A stretch of 58,219 nucleotides of DNA from Psammoneis japonica (lineage: Eukaryota), in the NCBI GenBank assembly GCA_008632985.1, contig QPGO01000095.1, forward strand, positions 1-58,219, read 5' to 3'. Position 1 is the stretch's first letter. Every line of letters begins with the position of its first letter. Position numbers and translations under genes: made by a program. The notes under the pieces were generated by a model. That model had not been told where the DNA came from. It did no database searches and was given only the letters and a program-made list of their open reading frames with translations. Below, one piece after another: positions 37,100 to 48,784 of the stretch.

Positions 37100-38750
37100 T
37101 TGGGGTTTAATTGATGGCATGTGCAGGTACGCATTGAAGTCAAGCAGACTCTTGAAGGGAGGAAACAAAATGGTGAAAAGGTGAAAGCACAGCGTGCCTC
37201 AAACCGGTTTGTGAGAGAAAATCATGTGTGCCAACGGCTTGAAGGATTTTTTTGTGCTTCTTTGGGTTGAAAGCAGGCAAAGTTGAGCAGTGTGTCGCAC
37301 AACATGTGTCTGGCCATGCATCTCCTGATGTCATGTCTGTGAGAATTCATTTGGGTCTCCCTTGGCACTCGGGCTCACACTTGATGCAAGCACCACAAAC
37401 TCATTCGTGTGACCCTTGACACAACCGGCAAGAGCAAACTCATTCAGGTCATCATTCATTTCTGCACACTGTTTTCATTGGCTGAAAGCTGCAGAGCTGT
37501 TGGCAGTTCTGCTTCCATGAGAATGCTGACACTGCAAAAAATCCTCTTTTGGATGATGAGACATGTCACCCTTGACACTCGGTTTCATTGGGGTGAGTTC
37601 ATTCAAGCCACGTGTCACCCTTGACACTCGGCTTCATGCAGGTGTAAATTTCATTTGGGTCATCACTTGTTTCCACACACTTTGCTCACAAAATTTGCCC
37701 TTTGCAAACATTCATTTGCTTGTCATCAAAACATGTTGCACAGCAATCTCACAATTGCGGAGCTGTTGGCATTTCTGCTCCCCACACAAATGCTGACAAT
37801 GCAAGTGATGCTCTCTGTTGGATGATGAAAACATCAATGCAACTGCAACAAGGGCTCTTAACAGCAGTTTCCACCATTGCATTGAATGCATCCGCCTTGT
37901 GTTTGTCTCCTTTTTGGACAAGGAATCACATGGCGGAAATGCGTCTGGCAAGCTGATTGTTGTTAGTTGACTTCAGATGCATGCAAAATGATGATCAGAT
38001 CACAGCACATTAAGATGTTCTGTGTTTTATGAAGCCAGCGAGGCCTGTTCTTGTGGAACAATTGAAAGCCAAAAATGCATGTGTTTCAGAACAAGACCCA
38101 TTTGTTTGCTGTGTGGTGCTGGGTTGAGCATGAAACTCTTTGACCTGCCACCTCAAATTGGAAACTCAACTTTGCACAACAAAATTGACGAGCCAATTGC
38201 CTGATGACAGCTCATTTTGTCATTCTTTTTGCACACACGTGCACAACTTCTGACAAAAATGTCATTGCACTTGAGCCCCAATTTTTCTCTTGCATCTTTT
38301 TTGCTTTTGTCCATGCAAATCATGCTGAGATGACCTGCAGATGACATTGGAGTCTGGTGCTTCAAATGACCACATCATCACATCATCATTTGCATCTCAA
38401 GTGTGCTGGCGCACAAACTTGTTTGCTGTGTCCCTTCAACTTTGACATGATGCTCTCCAAACATCTGCCAGAGCAGGAATCAGATTTCACTGGAGTCATT
38501 TTTTATTGTGGGCATCTGTCCACCCCCCACTGCCGGCACATGCTTTTGGCATGCAAATGATTCCCATGTGAAGATCTCACAATTGACCAATCCAAAACAA
38601 AAAAAATTTGCTCAAACACAGAAGCAACACATTGGTGGCACACTTGGGCAAGAAACTTCATCAGAAGAGGACAGAAAATTGACAAGCTGTGAAGGAGGTG
38701 TTGGAGTTTGAGAAGTCAGTGGGATCACTCCGAGGGTGGCTTGGAGTCGA
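37100..38750. mobile_element. Degenerate repeat/TE-like block, TpA- and CpG-depleted
   Basis: TA and CG scarce; the short motif (g)tcacccttgacac recurs at about 37410, 37565 and 37614; broken ORFs only. Confidence 0.55.
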
Positions 38751-39214
38751 GGGGGTGGCGGGACAGAGGACGAGGAAGTGTCGGCACGAGTTGCTGCAGA
38801 AGAAGGCTGGACTGGTTGATGGCAGAGAAAATTGAGGAGCCAGTCAAAGATGAGGTGCCACGTCCAAGAAGCTCATCCCGGGCACTGCTGAGGCGAGCCT
38901 TGGTAAGTTGATTGGGGACTGGTGTGATGGGGCAGTCCTGCTGCGAATTCTGAAGCGAAAATGCCGATTTAGTCGTGTTTGTCGCTCAGAAATTCTTGGA
39001 GCCTCACAGATACTGTAGATTTCCACGCGCGCAAATACTGGTACAGCACAAGCACGTGCTTCTCGTTGGGTGCATCTTCATCACTTGCTCCATTCGAGTT
39101 TCATCTCTGATGAGAGGCAGCCAGCGAATGTAACGACACTTCATCCTTGCGCAGAATCGACAGAAACGAAAAGCCCACAAAGGCGAAACTAGAGTATCGT
39201 TTTCCAAAAAAAAA

Positions 39215-42200
39215 ATGGAGCAGTCGTCGTCAAGTTACAGCAGCAGCATCGACCTGGCAGCGGATTGGTTCGTCGCTTTGCCACAACGTGAGCAGGAGGA
39301 CATTCGTCGCTTTCAAGAAAATGATCCAACATTGACGGTGCTTGATCTTCGCAACCGTTCCATTGGAGACGATGCTGCTGTGGCAATTGGAAAAACGCTA
39401 GAAACAAACAGAACATTGACGAAGCTTGTTCTCAACAACAATTCCATTGGAGACAAGGGTGCCACGGCCATTGGAAAAGCACTAGAATATAATAAAACAT
39501 TGGCGAAGCTTGTTCTCTGTAACAATTCCATTGGATATGAGGGGGCCGTGGCCATAGGAAAAGGACTAGACAAGAATGCAACATTGGCGGAACTTGATCT
39601 AGACAACAATTCCATTGGAGATAAAGGTGCCTTGGCAATTGGAAAAGCGCTAGAAACAAATAAAACATTGACACAGCTTTGTCTCGGCGGCAATTCCATC
39701 GGAGACGAGGGTGCTACGGCCATTGGAAAAGCGCTGGAAACAAATAAAACATTGACGTCGAATCTCCGTTACCTGAACATGCGCGAAAATGACATTACAA
39801 GACTTCCACGCTCCTTTATCAAACTTGAGAGAACGTGCGAATATTTTGATGTGGACGGTAATCCGCTGTTGGAACCCCCGCTCGAGATTGCCAAACAGGG
39901 TCTCCAGGCGACTGCTCGTTACTTTGAAGTCGTGGATAAAGGGGAGGCAACCGCATCCAGACAGCTCAAGATGGTGCTCGTGGGGGACGGGGAAGCAGGA
40001 AAGACGAGCCTACGGAATGCCCTTGCCGGCCGTTTCCCGGCGCTCGTGGAAGGTGAGAATGTAAGGACAATCTATCTTGATGTGGAACCTGTGCGAATAC
40101 ATGCACCCGAAGGATATAGCGATGATCCAATAACGCTAATGGTATATGACTGCGGTGGTCAACAGGACTATGCCGTAGGGCAGGCACCATTCATGACAGC
40201 GTCGTCACTTTTTTTTCTTGTCGTGCCGGTGGATAAGGCGTGCGACGATTTCTATGAAGAGGCAGTGCGACGATTTCTTGTTTTACTACAGGCAAGGGCG
40301 CCGGGTGCTGTGGTGCAACTTGTCTTATCTAAGGTTGACCTTGTGCCAGACGAGTGGGAACCAAAGCAATGGCTCGAGGAAAGAGTGCACTGGCTCAAGG
40401 ATAAAGTCCAAGGGCAGCTTGAAGCATGGCGTGATGCCACCGCCGCTCGACAAAGAGAGGAAGTTACTCTTTACGATCGTGTCGTTCCAGAGGATTCAAC
40501 AAAGAAAAAGAAACCACCGCTGCTCCAGATTCTACCCGCTGTCCTAGGAGTATCCGTAACGAGTCGCAGCGTCATTGCACGCTCGCAGGAACAAGTGAGC
40601 AACACCATCTTTAGGCACACGCAGGACCATGCGGAGCCGAGGTTGTCGAGTGTCGGTGTGCTAATCCCAAAGTCATGGCAAGAGCTGTGGAAATTCTTCG
40701 GCGCTGTTCTTCAGTGCGGTACAGATGCCGATACGGAAGCGCTTTTCTCCGTAGCAAGTTCGGACGATGCCGTCTCGTTGGGCGAGATTGGGAATATTAA
40801 GACGACTGCAGACGAAGAAATTGAGATACCAGCCAAAGGACCATACTGTTCAGTTGTGAGGCTCAAGTCATTGTGGAATCAATTCCGGTTGCTGTACGTC
40901 CCTTTGGCTGACGACACTACGTTCAATGACGCCCTAGGACTTCTGGAGGCCAGGGGCAGTGTTTTTGTTGATGCTGGGCTGGCGTATTTGCAACCGTCTT
41001 TTTTAACCGACTTGATCAAACCTCTCATAGACCACACTTTGACACTCAAAAAAATAGAATCGTCGGAGTTTGGCAAGGAAGTTGAGACTTTCATCGATAA
41101 TTGCGAGAGTAAGAGGATTGGACTACGACAAGATATAGTGAAGGGACTGACAGATCTGACACAAAGCGGAGAGCTGGATGCGCTGATTCTTCCCTTTTTG
41201 TGGCGTTACTTAAAAATTGATCAAGAAGACTACCAAATGATTCTGCAGATGCTTATTGATTCGGACGTTATATTTTTCTCTTCACCTCATCCGAACTCTT
41301 CTACAAAGAAGAACAGCACTTCTCGAGTCATTACCGATATTATTCCCGTTGTCCTCTTCCGTTTACAGAAAGAAATACCTACAGATTGGGCAGACATGTG
41401 GCCGGAGCGAGTGCCAGATGGCGAAGAGCAACGAGAGTTGCGCTTGAGAATGTACCAGGGCTGCCCAACAAGTCTTGCTGCACATTTTGCTGCTGCAACC
41501 CATGCATATGGGTATTGTGTATGTGCATGGCTGAATGGCGCGATTGTGCTTGACGAGAAAAATCGATGGATCCGGTCCGAGCTCGTTGAAATAGACGGCG
41601 AGCCGTACTTGGCGTTTTCTGTGCGGTATCCGAAGGACGACGTGCTTAGGGAGGAAACTTATGGCCTGTTGAAAGGCGCCGTTAGCTTTGTTCGTGACGA
41701 AGTGACGGGTCGCTTTCCAGGTTTGCAGTATGACGAGGTACTCGCATGTCATAGCTGTCTTAGTGCGGGTAGAGGACAAGATTGCCGGTTATTTGGATGG
41801 TCACAAGTGACAAATCCGGACAGGGGAATAAGTTCGCATTTCTGTCGTATGTGCAGAAAAAACGTCGATTTCGGGTGGTCTGTCGCCACGAACGAGCGAG
41901 TCGAACGCCCTACCACGGCGCATCTTTCAGTTTTGAATGAATTGGAGAAGGAGATGGAGGTGAAGAAGCTGAAGCTCAGTCGGAGTCCATCAGTAGAAAC
42001 CGCACTCGTGGGATACGGTGATGGAATATTGGAGGTGGGTGGGTACGAGATGAAAGCAGGGTTCCTGTCTACCGTCAAGTGGTATCAAGCATCCATCTTT
42101 AGAAATCCAACGATACTTCCAGCACGGATGATCAATGCACGCGCCAACGCAGCTGTAGCTGTCATCAATGGAGTTCTCCATGTGTTTGGCGGCGAAAATA

Positions 42201-43360
42201 AAGACGGCGTGCTCACTTCGTGTGAAAAACTCGACCTAGAGGCGGCCTTTACATCCCTTTCCCCACAACACGCGGGAACTGATCACCGAGTTCATACTGA
42301 AAGTGAAAATTTCGATCTGCAAGCAACCCAAGAATCGGGCTTTACCTTTCTGGCTGCACCACTTCCCGCACACCTTCGAGGCATGACAGCCGTGCGTTAC
42401 AAGGAATCGGTGCTGTTGGTTGGAGGAAGGATCAATCCTCCAAATCTGAGAATATTGGAGTATGTCGCCGGTTCCTTTCGGTGGGTCGTTGGAGCTATCT
42501 TTCAACTGGGACGTATGAACCCCCTTGTCCAAATTCGACGTAGCCTTCTCTACGTTGCCGGCGGTGGCCAGCCTGGAATTGAAGCTTTTGACTTGGAGAA
42601 CCAACGCATGGCGGGACCAGTACAACTCTGGGATCGAGTCATTTATTCTTTGGAACAATCCCTACTTGCTGTGATTGCTTGGGATGGAGAGGGAAATAGT
42701 TTTGAATTACCGGAGACCATTGTTTCCATTAACAACCAGGCGTGGCACATTGAATTTCGAGCTGTACGGATGGGAATCAATCGGCTGTTCACGACCATGC
42801 AGACTGAAAATGGCGTCAAGGAGGTTGGTCCCCTCAGACGTCCGTTGGATTTTCCCGTTCGCCGGAGAAATCGACGTAGAAAACCTCTAGTATTCTTGTG
42901 TCACCATGGAGAGGACTCGAAAAGACAGATTTGTCAGCCAACTGATTGGTTTCTGCGTAGATACGGCATCGACTGTTTTCTCGATAGCCGTTCTCTGTCT
43001 CCGTGGCAGGACGGACCAAGAGATGCCACTGTCATCAACGCGGCCTACTGCTGTACTGATGCGCTTGTACTTTTGTCTCCAAACTTTCGGAAAACGAGAT
43101 ACCCCGTACAGGAACTCAACACGTTCGCTGTCCGTTGGAACCAGGAGAACCTCAACCTTTTCCTGGCTCTTTGGCGCATCGAGAATCTTGATGGGTACAA
43201 TGAAAATTTGGAACAAAGTATTTGGTTACCATCTGCCCAGCATGATGCAGATCAATACATGGTTTCTGTGTTGTGGCCCCATCTCGCGGAAGAGTTCGAG
43301 TTGGAGATTCCTGAGGGCATCTCTTTTGAACAGTTGCTTGTGGAGTATCGGGATGGCTGA
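39215..43360 (+). CDS. Roco protein: LRR - ROC GTPase - COR - Zn ribbon - Kelch repeats - TIR
   Basis: Intact 1381-aa ORF. Five 28-aa RI-type LRRs; P-loop GDGEAGKTSL, G3 YDCGGQ, G4 SKVD; COR-like LQPSFLTDLIKPLI; CHSC...CRMC; Kelch LHVFGG/LLVGG/LYVAGG; TIR VFLCHHGED...CFLD...VLLSPNF...YPVQEL. Confidence 0.9.
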   Translation: MEQSSSSYSSSIDLAADWFVALPQREQEDIRRFQENDPTLTVLDLRNRSIGDDAAVAIGKTLETNRTLTKLVLNNNSIGDKGATAIGKALEYNKTLAKLVLCNNSIGYEGAVAIGKGLDKNATLAELDLDNNSIGDKGALAIGKALETNKTLTQLCLGGNSIGDEGATAIGKALETNKTLTSNLRYLNMRENDITRLPRSFIKLERTCEYFDVDGNPLLEPPLEIAKQGLQATARYFEVVDKGEATASRQLKMVLVGDGEAGKTSLRNALAGRFPALVEGENVRTIYLDVEPVRIHAPEGYSDDPITLMVYDCGGQQDYAVGQAPFMTASSLFFLVVPVDKACDDFYEEAVRRFLVLLQARAPGAVVQLVLSKVDLVPDEWEPKQWLEERVHWLKDKVQGQLEAWRDATAARQREEVTLYDRVVPEDSTKKKKPPLLQILPAVLGVSVTSRSVIARSQEQVSNTIFRHTQDHAEPRLSSVGVLIPKSWQELWKFFGAVLQCGTDADTEALFSVASSDDAVSLGEIGNIKTTADEEIEIPAKGPYCSVVRLKSLWNQFRLLYVPLADDTTFNDALGLLEARGSVFVDAGLAYLQPSFLTDLIKPLIDHTLTLKKIESSEFGKEVETFIDNCESKRIGLRQDIVKGLTDLTQSGELDALILPFLWRYLKIDQEDYQMILQMLIDSDVIFFSSPHPNSSTKKNSTSRVITDIIPVVLFRLQKEIPTDWADMWPERVPDGEEQRELRLRMYQGCPTSLAAHFAAATHAYGYCVCAWLNGAIVLDEKNRWIRSELVEIDGEPYLAFSVRYPKDDVLREETYGLLKGAVSFVRDEVTGRFPGLQYDEVLACHSCLSAGRGQDCRLFGWSQVTNPDRGISSHFCRMCRKNVDFGWSVATNERVERPTTAHLSVLNELEKEMEVKKLKLSRSPSVETALVGYGDGILEVGGYEMKAGFLSTVKWYQASIFRNPTILPARMINARANAAVAVINGVLHVFGGENKDGVLTSCEKLDLEAAFTSLSPQHAGTDHRVHTESENFDLQATQESGFTFLAAPLPAHLRGMTAVRYKESVLLVGGRINPPNLRILEYVAGSFRWVVGAIFQLGRMNPLVQIRRSLLYVAGGGQPGIEAFDLENQRMAGPVQLWDRVIYSLEQSLLAVIAWDGEGNSFELPETIVSINNQAWHIEFRAVRMGINRLFTTMQTENGVKEVGPLRRPLDFPVRRRNRRRKPLVFLCHHGEDSKRQICQPTDWFLRRYGIDCFLDSRSLSPWQDGPRDATVINAAYCCTDALVLLSPNFRKTRYPVQELNTFAVRWNQENLNLFLALWRIENLDGYNENLEQSIWLPSAQHDADQYMVSVLWPHLAEEFELEIPEGISFEQLLVEYRDG
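39329..39757 (+). repeat. Tandem 84-bp repeats encoding the LRRs
   Basis: acattg...aattccattgga...attggaaaag recurs every 84 bp, five times. Confidence 0.85.
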
Positions 43361-43675
43361 GCACGGCCAAAAAGACGCGAGTGTGTGGGTGCAGTGGAAG
43401 ACTCGTGAAGGACAAACTGGATACGACTGCATTGAGCTCGAGACAAAAATGAGGTTCACGCTACACCATGTCCAGTTGTAGTTCTCCATTAGGGAACGAC
43501 TGCTAATACGACTTTTCTTGGGCTCCCACCCGGCACAAAGGCCAGTGCTAGAAGAAAAAGAAATGAACACGGAAACTAATGTGCGCTTGCGCATTAAGGT
43601 CCTACATGTACTCTACCACCGGAATTCTCAGGATCCTTCATCCTGCGGTACCGCGGGCGTGTTGGGCCACTTACG

Positions 43676-44591
43676 TTACACTCGAAAAGCCAAGATTTCG
43701 GCAGTAATCTTCTGAAAAATTTCACCAATTCGTCCAATTTCTTGTGCGTGGTAAAATCTTGATGATTGGCCTCCAGCATTGGACAAGGCCTGAAGGTTGC
43801 GCATGGCGGTGCTTCCTAGACGCACACCAATAAAGACAAAGTTCAGAATTCCTCCCAATTGCTCGTTCAAGAGGCGCAAATACATCTGTGCATCCTGCAA
43901 AGAGCACGAGGATGTTGTGTCTTCACCATCTGTAAGCAGGACGAACCAAAAGCTGGCCTGATTCAAAAGGCTGGCGTTACCCTCAGATAGACCCTCGATG
44001 ACTTTCAAGATCACCAATGACATTGCAATAACGGTGTCATACAGGGCAGTGCCTCCATGAGGGGAGATTTGTCGCATCGCATTCTGAATGACACGGCGAT
44101 TGTTGGGATTCAGAGGTACCATGGGCTGAGAGTATAGCTCGAACCACCGCTCTCCAAAGGCTGTGACCTTGACGAATGATGAGTCCGGTAAAGATCGAGA
44201 ACGTGACACGCCCCGCTGGCGGCAGCTGCCATTAGGCTCTGATGGTTGTACACGCAGCTCATACTGGCACTATTGTCGAGACTCAAGAACACTATCGGAA
44301 TACGTTCTCGAAGTCGAAGATGTACTCCAGCTAGACTTGCGGCCTGTGGAGAGGCTCAGAGTTAGAATGTCGGTTCTTCAGGCTGTGACATTTAAGGCAA
44401 AATTCTACTTACGCCATTTCCGTCGCCTGCAACGTTGACTTGTCCAACGTTTGCTTCTTGTGCACCGTTCCAATCAGAGTCAGACGGTGCGTGCAATCCA
44501 GCGGCATTTGCACTCGGACCACCGCCTGGTGTCGTGGTTGCGGGGAACGGTGAGCGTTTTGATTCACTGGAACGCTTTGCTCGCAACCCAT
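43676..44591 (-). CDS. von Willebrand factor A (vWA) domain protein with N-myristoylation/palmitoylation motif (intron 44412-44344; two frameshifts)
   Basis: Starts MGCEQS. MIDAS motif VFLSLDNSASMS, GGTALYD and LLTDGED. GTAAGT...CACAG intron. Confidence 0.8.
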
Positions 44592-45099
44592 TGCTTGTTC
44601 TTTCAATTTTTTAATGTATCCAATACACGCCGAAGCTGCTCACGTTGTAGGATTAAAGAGACACTAGTCGTAATTCGTAAGGAAGAGAGTTTAATGGAGT
44701 GAAACTTTTTATGAGAATTTGATGGCACGACTCGAGATCGCAAAGTGAAGATGCAATGAGACTGTGAAAGATGCGGGTACGCGGCTCGAATGATCAATCA
44801 CAGCTGGAAAAAATCCGCGATTCATTTCATTCGTGAATGACCATCATTGATTGATTGAACTGTCTTGATAAGAAAGGCACGAACATCTCTCTATGATAAA
44901 TAGGAGGTGAATGCCCCTTTCTTCTTTCGCTCGCATCATCTTCAATGTGCAGTAGATCACGAATGACTCCGTACATAATGTGATGCTCTGTGCGCGAATG
45001 ATCAGCTGACACCTGCCTCATCCGCGATTCATTCGGTTCGTGGATGACCAGCGACATAAGTAAGAAGGTGAATGACACTTTCTTCTGTTGCATTTTACA

Positions 45100-47200
45100 T
45101 GCGTGCACATGTCCGACCGACGAGACATCAGCACAAACAAACCTCATTTCGTTCACTCTTCTCCTCCAGGCGCAAGGAAACAGTCTCAATGCCATGCACA
45201 GGTGCTGCACAATGAATGGGAGGCATCTTTGATGCAGAGCACACAAACATGGCTGCTTCATTGACATCAATCAAACCACAAAAAGTCAAAATGAAAAAAA
45301 ATTGCACACACAAAAATGGGGTGCAGTTCATCCCACACTCTTTGGCTGGTTCTTGGAGCTTTGCTGTTGCCGCAACCTGTCACAGGAACAGAAAAGGCCT
45401 GTTCCAGCTCCGGGTGTCCTGCGCAATGCACGCGATCCATCGCTGGCCCATTTTTGCATTTGTGGCACAATTTCCTCCTTCAAAATCGGTTTTTTTCCAA
45501 ATCGAAGGGTGCGCGCGGTGCACAAAACTTTTGCTTTTTTGTGTGCACTGGCCTTTCAATTTTTGAAACAATTGAATTTGAAGAAGTTCAGTGTGCCAAA
45601 CTGCACAGAAAATTGAGCTCTCACATGATGGACTGTGAATCACCTGGGGCTGGAACAGGCCAAAAGCCAACAGCTCACACGCTTCTTTCCTTGGCGAGCA
45701 CATGATGGAGCAGCCCTCCTCTCCCTCCTCCTGTCTGCCTCTTGTGCCTCTCAAGACAATGGTGCTGGACCCTGAAACACCCACAAAACACAGGCTGGCT
45801 TGGCCCCAACAACCACCAATTTCCATCAACTTTGGATCTTCCAAAAAGATCCCTTCAATGAGCTCCAGCTCTGGGCAGGACCTTGCACTGATGCTGGACT
45901 GTGGTGCAAAAGTTTTTTGTCACATGTGCCATGTGTCAAGCACACATGTGTTTTTGCATGTGCCCTTCTCCCAAATTGCTCCACACTCCCTGTTTTGTGA
46001 AGCCAGGGCCTTTTTGTTCCATCCACTTGCAGAAAAAAATTGCTGGGCGTGTTCTTCAGTGCATGTGAAAAATGCTCTGGCAAGCTGAAAATGATGCACT
46101 CCAAGAGTGAAAAAGGAGGTGTGATTGCAAAATTGCCTCTTTTTTCCATTGGCGACAACCAACACATTCATTGCTCAACAACTTTGCTGCGGAGCGTGCA
46201 CACAAAATTCTGCACACAAGTGTTGCACAAAGCCTCACCCAGGGCTTGAATGTGCCCTCTTTCTTCAACTCAACAGCCCCCTTGAGCAAAGCCAAAAACT
46301 CCATTGGTCTCATTTTCCAGCACATGTTTCATGTGGAAGAGCTTTTTTTGGGGGGGGGGGGTTCATCCCCACATTTGCCCTGGAATCACAATGGCATTTG
46401 AACAAGGCCATTCACAGTGTGCTTGTTTTTGAGTGCAAAAATTGTTCATGTTCACACCTGGTTGCACACAAGAACAAGAGCATCAGCAGGCACTGCAATT
46501 GAAGCACAATGATGATGGAAACATCAACATGTTTCTCCAAAATGCAATGGTCTGTCCAGCCACAAACATTTGGTGTGTGTGTGACCTTTGACAAACAACA
46601 AACACAAAACAGATGAGAGTTGGCAGATGAACCATGTCTGTCACAGACTTGTGGTTTGATGTTTTTGCAACAGTGAAGCATGATGAAATTCAGGGAAAAC
46701 AGCACAAATCATGAGCCATTTGGCCAAATTTGAGCTGCAAAAGCAGCAAAGAATGACCCCCCTCAAAGTGAGCCCATGTGCCTTGATTTGTGCCCAGTCT
46801 GTTTGACGTGTGCACTTGGGCAGGCTGCACACAAAACAAGGCCCCTGCAGAGCTTGCGCCTTGAAAATTGACATTGTGTGCTCTCTTCTGGGGTTCTTTT
46901 TCTTGCACTCCAAGCTGCTTGCTCCTTGAATGACAGCAGCAGTGCAGGGGGGGGGGGGGGGGTGCAGAGGTGGCTGTGCAAGAGACTTTGAGCATGAGAT
47001 CCCTCTGGCTCCTCTTTTGTTTGTTCGTTCGTTCGAGAGAGACAGCACGGTGGCTTGAGTTCAAATTGAATCACAAATGCCATCCTTTTGTCCTTGCAGA
47101 GATGATGAGTGCACATTCAGCGAGACACAGCAGTTCAACAAAGCGTGCAATCGGCGAATGAAATCGGAGCTGAGAGGACACACGCCCGCCAAAGGTCTTG
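45100..47200. mobile_element. Degenerate repeat/TE-like block, TpA- and CpG-depleted, with poly-G tracts
   Basis: TA and CG nearly absent; G runs at about 46350 and 46947; broken ORFs only. Confidence 0.55.
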
Positions 47201-47437
47201 TGTGCTTGATTGACACCGTAGATAGATGATCGAACCGAAGCATGAAGCCCGGCAATGGACAGCGGGGCGTTTCTTTCATGCCGCAGGTCACGCACTATCT
47301 ACGTGGGGCGATCACTGTAAAAATCCGGGGGTGCCCCCCCCCCCCCCCCGCCAAAAGCCCTAAAGCCCGGAGGCCTGACGCCCGACACCCAACTCATCGC
47401 ACGTCGCTCGCGCTCGTGTCGCAAAGAACGAGAGGAA

Positions 47438-48483
47438 ATGGCGGCGTCGACAATAAGCAACGATGATGAGACTCCGCCCTCCTCAACCTTTTCAGGCACA
47501 ATTGCACGACGACGAAGCTTGGGCCGTCATTTGGCGTTTTGTGACATCTTGATAGAAGACGAGGAAGAACCATCAACGGTTCATGTCGTTTTCTCGAATG
47601 CAACCTACTGCGCTTCCGAGAATTTTCCCGTGAAAAAGTCCGCACTTCCTTACGGTGCTCGCATGGAAGCAACGTGTCGTCTCATCCATGACAAGTGGCA
47701 TGTCAAGAGTTGGAGACTAGACAGTAGTCCTCATGATGCAGCCATGTGTGTAGCGTCTCAAGGAGAAAACGGAGGAGTTTCGTGTTCTACATATTTACGA
47801 TCCAGACGCGAAGCCTACAACAGAGCAGTACAACACAACAAAGAGCCACACAAACAACCAAAGCAAGAAAATTCAAAAATCACATTATCCCAACACCAGA
47901 TCCGCATGGGAGTCAACAATGTAAATCAGCAAGAGCCAAGATTTTTGCAGAGTTTCTAATGAGAAACGTTCTTACCGAAAACGACAGTGTTTTGGACGTG
48001 GCGGGTGGGAAAGGCCACTTGTCCATGGAGCTATGTGCCCTTGGCGTCAGGTGCACTGTTGTGGACCCACTTGTGCGGAAGAGGTTGTGTACAAAGCATC
48101 TCATCAAGCAAGAAAAACCAGTTCCGCATTTTGTTTCAATGCCCTTTTTCAATCCAAACAACAACGCTATTACAAATAACAAGCAAGAAGAAAAAGATCG
48201 GATACTATCACTACTGGATTCGCATTCCTGCATCGTGGGTATGCATCCTGATCAAATTACCGAAGCGATATTGGACGTGGCTATGAAGTATGACAAGTCT
48301 GTCGCCATTGTGCCATGCTGTGTCTTTCCGTCGCTCTTTCTTGGCCGGATGCACCATGGCAAGCCCGTGAATAGCTACGACGAATTCATTTCCTATTTAC
48401 TACACAAGGACCCTAGGCTGAAACGAGTTGAATTGCCGTTTGAGGGGAAAACCACTTGTATCTATTTGAAACTCGACAAGTGA
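47438..48483 (+). CDS. OB-fold (anticodon-binding-like) plus class I methyltransferase protein (frameshift near 47885)
   Basis: FSGTIARRRSLGRHLAFCDI (OB-fold start as in Asp/Asn/Lys tRNA synthetases), then VLDVAGGKGHLS, IVGMHPDQITE and IVPCCVF. Confidence 0.75.
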
Positions 48484-48784
48484 ATGGTTGAATTCAATCC
48501 GTTTGACGTGAACTGAGATCTGCATACGAGGGTGGCAAGCCGGTCCATAGCTACAAGGAATGCATTTCGTATCTGCAGATAACGAGGAGTTGTGGCTGTA
48601 AAGTGTGGGATTGTCATTGGAAAGGAACAACACATGCATCTATTTGAAATCAAAACAAAACAAGAAACGAGAACTTGTCAATCCCACTTTCGTTGAGTTC
48701 TCAAATTCAATCCCGTCCACTCTAGGTATGAAACGAGAAGCTCAGAGTTTCTCAGATAAAATACAAAGAGAAAAAGATTCCACG

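Noticed and set aside
46350..47349. Poly-G/poly-C tracts as functional G-quadruplex elements
   Set aside because: Plain homopolymers of unreliable length in this assembly; no other support.
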